A DNA stretch of 10,705 nucleotides, from assembly GCA_040400605.1 (NCBI GenBank), contig JBBAPZ010000042.1, positions 1 to 10,705 of the forward strand. Direction: 5' to 3'. The position numbers were made by a program, and so were the translations under genes. Origin of the DNA: Candidatus Sericytochromatia bacterium (GTDB lineage Bacteria > Cyanobacteriota > Sericytochromatia > S15B-MN24 > JAQBPE01). Below, one piece after another: positions 7,425 through 10,705 of the stretch; the stretch's first letter is position 1, and the number at the start of each line of letters is the position of its first letter. The notes beneath the pieces were generated by a model. The model ran no database searches and was not told the origin of the DNA. It saw nothing but the letters and a program-made list of their open reading frames with translations.

Positions 7425-7922
7425 GACAGCGCCTTCAACAACTGTGCCGCCGTCTCGATGGTTAAACCCTCGACCCGAAAACCACCCGGCGCAATCAGTG
7501 ACAATCCAGCCGAGGCAGGTGTGACTGTGACTGGCGTGATGCCGGTGATTTCAACGGGGCGCAAGACGGTTGTGGAATCTGCGTCTGCACACCATTTGCG
7601 AAACGACTTGTCTGAAATTCCCACCATTTGGCAGGCGACTCGCAGATTTTTGCCGGCACCCAACAAGTCTTCGACTTGAGCCATGAGTTGCTGTTTATCC
7701 GCTGCGGGATAGGGGCGTCGAACTGGTGAGACTTGGGTTGGCTGGGGGATGATCCCGTCATTGCGCCACTTGTAATAGTTTGCCGGGCTGACGCCCAGAT
7801 CACCCGCGATGGCTGCTACAGAGCGCCCTTCGCTTCTGCAACGGCGCGCGATTTCACTAACAATGGCAACCTTTTCAGCCTGCGTGTAAACAGGGGGGCG
7901 AGGTGTTTCGGGTTCGTCTCAC
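7421..7922 (-). pseudogene. tnpA: IS66 TnpA (orfA) with two tandem HTH units; apparent one-base frameshift near the 5' end
   Basis: An AGGAG RBS precedes GTG at 7922. The frame of ORF 7421..7684 stays open upstream (VYTQAEKVAIVSEIARRCRSEGRSVAAIAGDLGVSPANYYKWR) but joins the GTG only if one base is removed, for example from the G6 run at 7893-7898. The span is 502 nt (3n+1). Confidence 0.75.
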
Positions 7923-7996
7923 AGTGTTCTCCTCTCACCAGAACACTATGAATACTTTTTTTCAAGATTTCACGACGGGGTAGGGCGACTACGTAC

Positions 7997-8379
7997 GCAT
8001 TCCTATGACGAAGAACGGCACTGCCCAGACCTTGCCCTTGGAGGCGGCAGAGATTGAAATCTTGAAGCGTCGCAAACGAGATAGTGAGGCGCCTTGGGTA
8101 TTTCCCGCTAGTCGAAGTGCCTCTGGACACTTCAACAAGCCGGATGCCGGCTGGAAGCGTATCCTCGATCGCGCGGGCATCAAGGACCTCCGTATTCACG
8201 ACTTGCGGCGTTCGCTGGGGTCTTGGATGGTCGACACGGGTGCCAGCCTCGCCGTGATCGGCAAGGCGCTCAATCATCAGAGTCAGACGACGACCGCGAT
8301 CTATGCCCGATTGAGCCACCAAACGGTGCGAGAGGCCAAATCAAGGGCTATCGGGGCGATGCTTGGGGCAAATAAATAG
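7997..8379 (+). pseudogene. C-terminal fragment of a tyrosine recombinase/integrase
   Basis: IPMTKNG (catalytic Lys), WVFP, IHDLRRS (HxxR), LNH and TAIYA (catalytic Tyr). The first catalytic Arg box and the N-terminal domains are missing, and the fragment starts at the IS66 inverted repeat. Confidence 0.9.
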
Positions 8380-8584
8380 ACCGATGCATGAGCAGGGGCG
8401 GTACTCGCATACGCGATGTAGCTGGTAAGTGGGGCGCCCGGGGTTGAAGCTACGTACCTGCAGGTATCGCCTTGCTGGTTGGCCGCAGGAGCTTTTTCCC
8501 ATTCTGGCCAACAAAAAAAGCCCCCGTGCAGTGTCAAGCCCTATGCCTGCCAGTTCGCGCTTTTTTTAAGTTTTCATGCTAGAA

Positions 8585-8648
8585 TTTTGCAATTCGATCG
8601 CAAAAGCTGACACTTCTCGTCAGGTTATGAAATCAAATTGCAGATTTC
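8585..8648. promoter_or_regulatory. Three consecutive short inverted repeats upstream of abiEi (possible operator)
   Basis: TTTTGCAAT-N3-ATCGCAAAA (8585-8605), CTGAC-N7-GTCAG (8607-8623) and GAAATC-N8-GATTTC (8629-8648). Confidence 0.4.
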
Positions 8649-8652
8649 GCAC

Positions 8653-9468
8653 ATGAGCAAGAACTCCCCTCCATCCTCCTCCTCCACCCTCCAAGCCTTC
8701 ACTGACCAGCTGCAAAAGTCCGGTCGGTACACCTTCGAGCGCCAAGAAGCCCTGTCGGCACTCGGCACGACTGCGTTAGGCCTAGAGGCTGCCGCGCGCC
8801 GGCTCGCGGAGAAAGACCGCCTGACCGTACCTCGACGCGGCTTCTACGTCATCGTGCCCATCGAGTACCAGACCGCGGGCGCGCCGCCTCCAACCTGGTA
8901 CATACAAGACCTAATGGTCCACCTGGGCCATCCTTACTACGTCGGCCTTCTCTCCGCCGCGGCCCTCCATGGTGCTGCCCATCACCAACCCCAGGAGTTC
9001 CAAGTCGTGTCCGACGCCACGTTGCGCCCAGCCACCGTTGGCCGCAGCCGCATACGCTTCTTTCGCAACAAGCACCTCGCCGTGGTGTCGACCATCCAGG
9101 TGAAGACCCCCACCGGGATGATTCGGGTCTCGACGCCCGAAGCCACGGCAATCGATCTGATCCGGTATGCAGAGAGCGCGGGACATCTCGGAAACGTCGG
9201 CACCGTCTTGGTCGACTTGGCCGAAAAGCTCGACGGCACGAAACTGGTCGAATCCCTTGCAAGCTACGCCGAGCCCGGTGTGGCTCAACGTCTGGGCTAC
9301 TTGCTCGAGCTGGCCGATGCGCCCGACGTCGCGGCACCCATTGCAGCCTGGCTGAGCAAGCGTAAGCCCCGCATGATCCGCCTGCGCCCCGACCTGGCGG
9401 CTGACGGCGCCGTGCGCAACGACCGCTGGCGCCTCCTCATCAACGAAGACATCGAGGTCGAGACGTGA
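8653..9468 (+). CDS. abiEi: Type IV TA antitoxin, AbiEi family
   Basis: GRYTF...RRGFYVIVPIEY...PYYVGLLSAAALHGAAHHQPQEFQVV...STPEATAIDL...QRLGYLLE...RWRLLIN. ATG 8653 is preferred to TTG 8638. The stop overlaps the next start (GTGA). Confidence 0.92.
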   Translation: MSKNSPPSSSSTLQAFTDQLQKSGRYTFERQEALSALGTTALGLEAAARRLAEKDRLTVPRRGFYVIVPIEYQTAGAPPPTWYIQDLMVHLGHPYYVGLLSAAALHGAAHHQPQEFQVVSDATLRPATVGRSRIRFFRNKHLAVVSTIQVKTPTGMIRVSTPEATAIDLIRYAESAGHLGNVGTVLVDLAEKLDGTKLVESLASYAEPGVAQRLGYLLELADAPDVAAPIAAWLSKRKPRMIRLRPDLAADGAVRNDRWRLLINEDIEVET

Positions 9469-10295
9469 TCCCGCGCGCGTACATCACGGCATGGCGCGCG
9501 GCGGCCCCCTGGGCCGACGACGCCCAAGTCGAGCAAGACCTCGTACTCTCCCGCGCCATCGTGGAGATCTTCAGTGATTCGCTCATTGCCGGTTCCCTCG
9601 CCTTCCGGGGCGGGACGGCCCTCAACAAGCTCTACTTCGATCCTCCGGCTCGCTACTCTGAAGACATCGACCTCGTGCAGATCGCACCGGGGCCGTTGGG
9701 CGACGTCATGACGGCCCTGCGCAACCGCCTCGACCCGTGGCTCGGCGCGGCCAAATACAAGCAAAGCGAAGGGCGCGTCACCCTGACCTACCGCTTCGAG
9801 TCCGAGACACCGCCCGTCACGCCGATGAAAGTGAAGGTCGAGATCAACACGCGGGAGCACTTCACGGTCCTCGGACTCAAGCACGTCCCCTTCGAGGTCA
9901 TGAGCCCATGGTTCGCCGGCCGGTGTGAGATTCCGACCTACGAGCTGCCGGAACGGCTCGGCACCAAGCTACGCGCGCTCTACCAGCGCCGGAAGGGCCG
10001 AGACGCCTTCGACCTTGCAATCGCCGCCGATCGATTCCCCGGGCTCGACCTGGCCCAGATCGTCACATGCTTCGAGCGGTACATGGACCACGGTGGCACG
10101 CCGGTCTCCCGCGCCGAGTACGAGGCGAACATCGCGGAGAAACTGGTTAATGCCGCGTTCTTGGGAGACATCGGGCCACTGCTGGCGACCAATGCCAACA
10201 CCTTTGCATTGGCCGATCCCCGCGTCGCCTGCGAGTGGATCGGGCGGGACCTCTTCTGCCGACTTTCAGGCGAGCCCTGGAAGGGAAGCGCCTAA
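9465..10295 (+). CDS. abiEii: Type IV TA toxin, AbiEii/AbiGii-family nucleotidyltransferase
   Basis: QVEQDLVLSRA, LAFRGGTALNKLYF..RYSEDIDLV, KVEIN and GTKLRALYQRRKGRDAFDL. The motifs look intact. Confidence 0.95.
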   Translation: MIPRAYITAWRAAAPWADDAQVEQDLVLSRAIVEIFSDSLIAGSLAFRGGTALNKLYFDPPARYSEDIDLVQIAPGPLGDVMTALRNRLDPWLGAAKYKQSEGRVTLTYRFESETPPVTPMKVKVEINTREHFTVLGLKHVPFEVMSPWFAGRCEIPTYELPERLGTKLRALYQRRKGRDAFDLAIAADRFPGLDLAQIVTCFERYMDHGGTPVSRAEYEANIAEKLVNAAFLGDIGPLLATNANTFALADPRVACEWIGRDLFCRLSGEPWKGSA

Positions 10296-10567
10296 GCCAA
10301 CTTGTGCTCCAGGTGTGGTCACCGTCGCCCACCATGCGGGCAAGTACCACAAAGTCCGGTGCTGCCCCCAAAAGCCGCCCGCCAGCTCACATTTCGCCAT
10401 CGCCGAAACTTTCGGTTTCATGCTTTCTCATGAACACTGGGTTTCAGGCTCTTTGTCGCTTCGGGCGTCTGAACTAACGTGGGGTCCATTGGTACCCCAC
10501 GCTACTTCATACCAAAAGGAGGCGACCGTTGAAGATCCTTCAAATGCCCGACCTGCTCGCCCTGCTG

Positions 10568-10599
10568 GGTGTTAGCGGGGGTGTAAATCCGCGTTTTTT
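10568..10599 (+). repeat. Dispersed non-coding repeat, copy 3
   Basis: GGTGTTAGCGGGGGTGTAAATCCGCGTTTTTT is 28/32 identical to 3268-3299 at an offset of exactly 7300 bp. Weaker similarity continues to about 10619. Confidence 0.8.
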
Positions 10600-10705
10600 T
10601 GGTGGTTGCAAATTGCGTGTGCAGATTTCATAGCCGAGATTGAGGTGCCGCGCTCAGCGTTGACCGGCAGGTGTCGCGTCATTGTCACAATGGCAGTAAC
10701 CGGGG

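Larger units (their letters stand above)
6178..7996 (-). mobile_element. IS66-family insertion sequence, internally deleted (1819 bp), probably non-autonomous
   Basis: Gene order tnpA-tnpB-tnpC. Terminal inverted repeats are GTACGAAGTCGCCCT (6178-6192) and, as the reverse complement of 7982-7996, GTACGTAGTCGCCCT (14/15). The flanks AGCTTTAA and GCATTCCT do not match, so there is no 8-bp target duplication. Confidence 0.9.

Noticed and set aside
7816..8322. 168-aa - strand ORF
   Set aside because: It is antisense to the integrase fragment and crosses the IS boundary.
9925..10575. 216-aa + ORF overlapping abiEii
   Set aside because: It is an alternative-frame overlap with Ser/Pro/Arg-rich composition and no motifs.
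10473..10577. CTAAC...GTTAGC as an integron attC site, and hairpin 10478-10501 as a terminator
   Set aside because: There is no end-to-end dyad symmetry or L boxes, the other GTTAG copies are on the wrong strand for their neighbouring genes, and the integrase lacks the IntI-specific insertion. The hairpin has no U-tract.

Overview
The window is a decaying accessory or defence-type island next to a housekeeping-type gene. At the left is a proline iminopeptidase on the - strand that runs off the window and is absent from the ORF track. It is followed by an orphan two-TM ORF, an alpha/beta-hydrolase remnant and a shortened DUF4926 paralog. The core holds a - strand type IV toxin-antitoxin-like operon (AbiEi-type antitoxin plus Pol-beta-fold nucleotidyltransferase) preceded by a very regular twin GTTCC/GGAAC operator array. 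Next come an intact DUF4926 gene with a 5'-truncated DUF6883-like partner, an internally deleted IS66-family element (6178-7996, no target duplication), a 5'-truncated tyrosine integrase and an intact AbiEi/AbiEii operon. A conserved non-coding motif (GTGTTAG..GG.TGTAAATCCGCG.TTTT) recurs at about 3268, 5561 and 10568. All family assignments come from motif recognition by eye; no searches were run. I cannot claim a wholly new system. The best leads are the operator array, the recurring motif and the DUF6883-DUF4926 pair.
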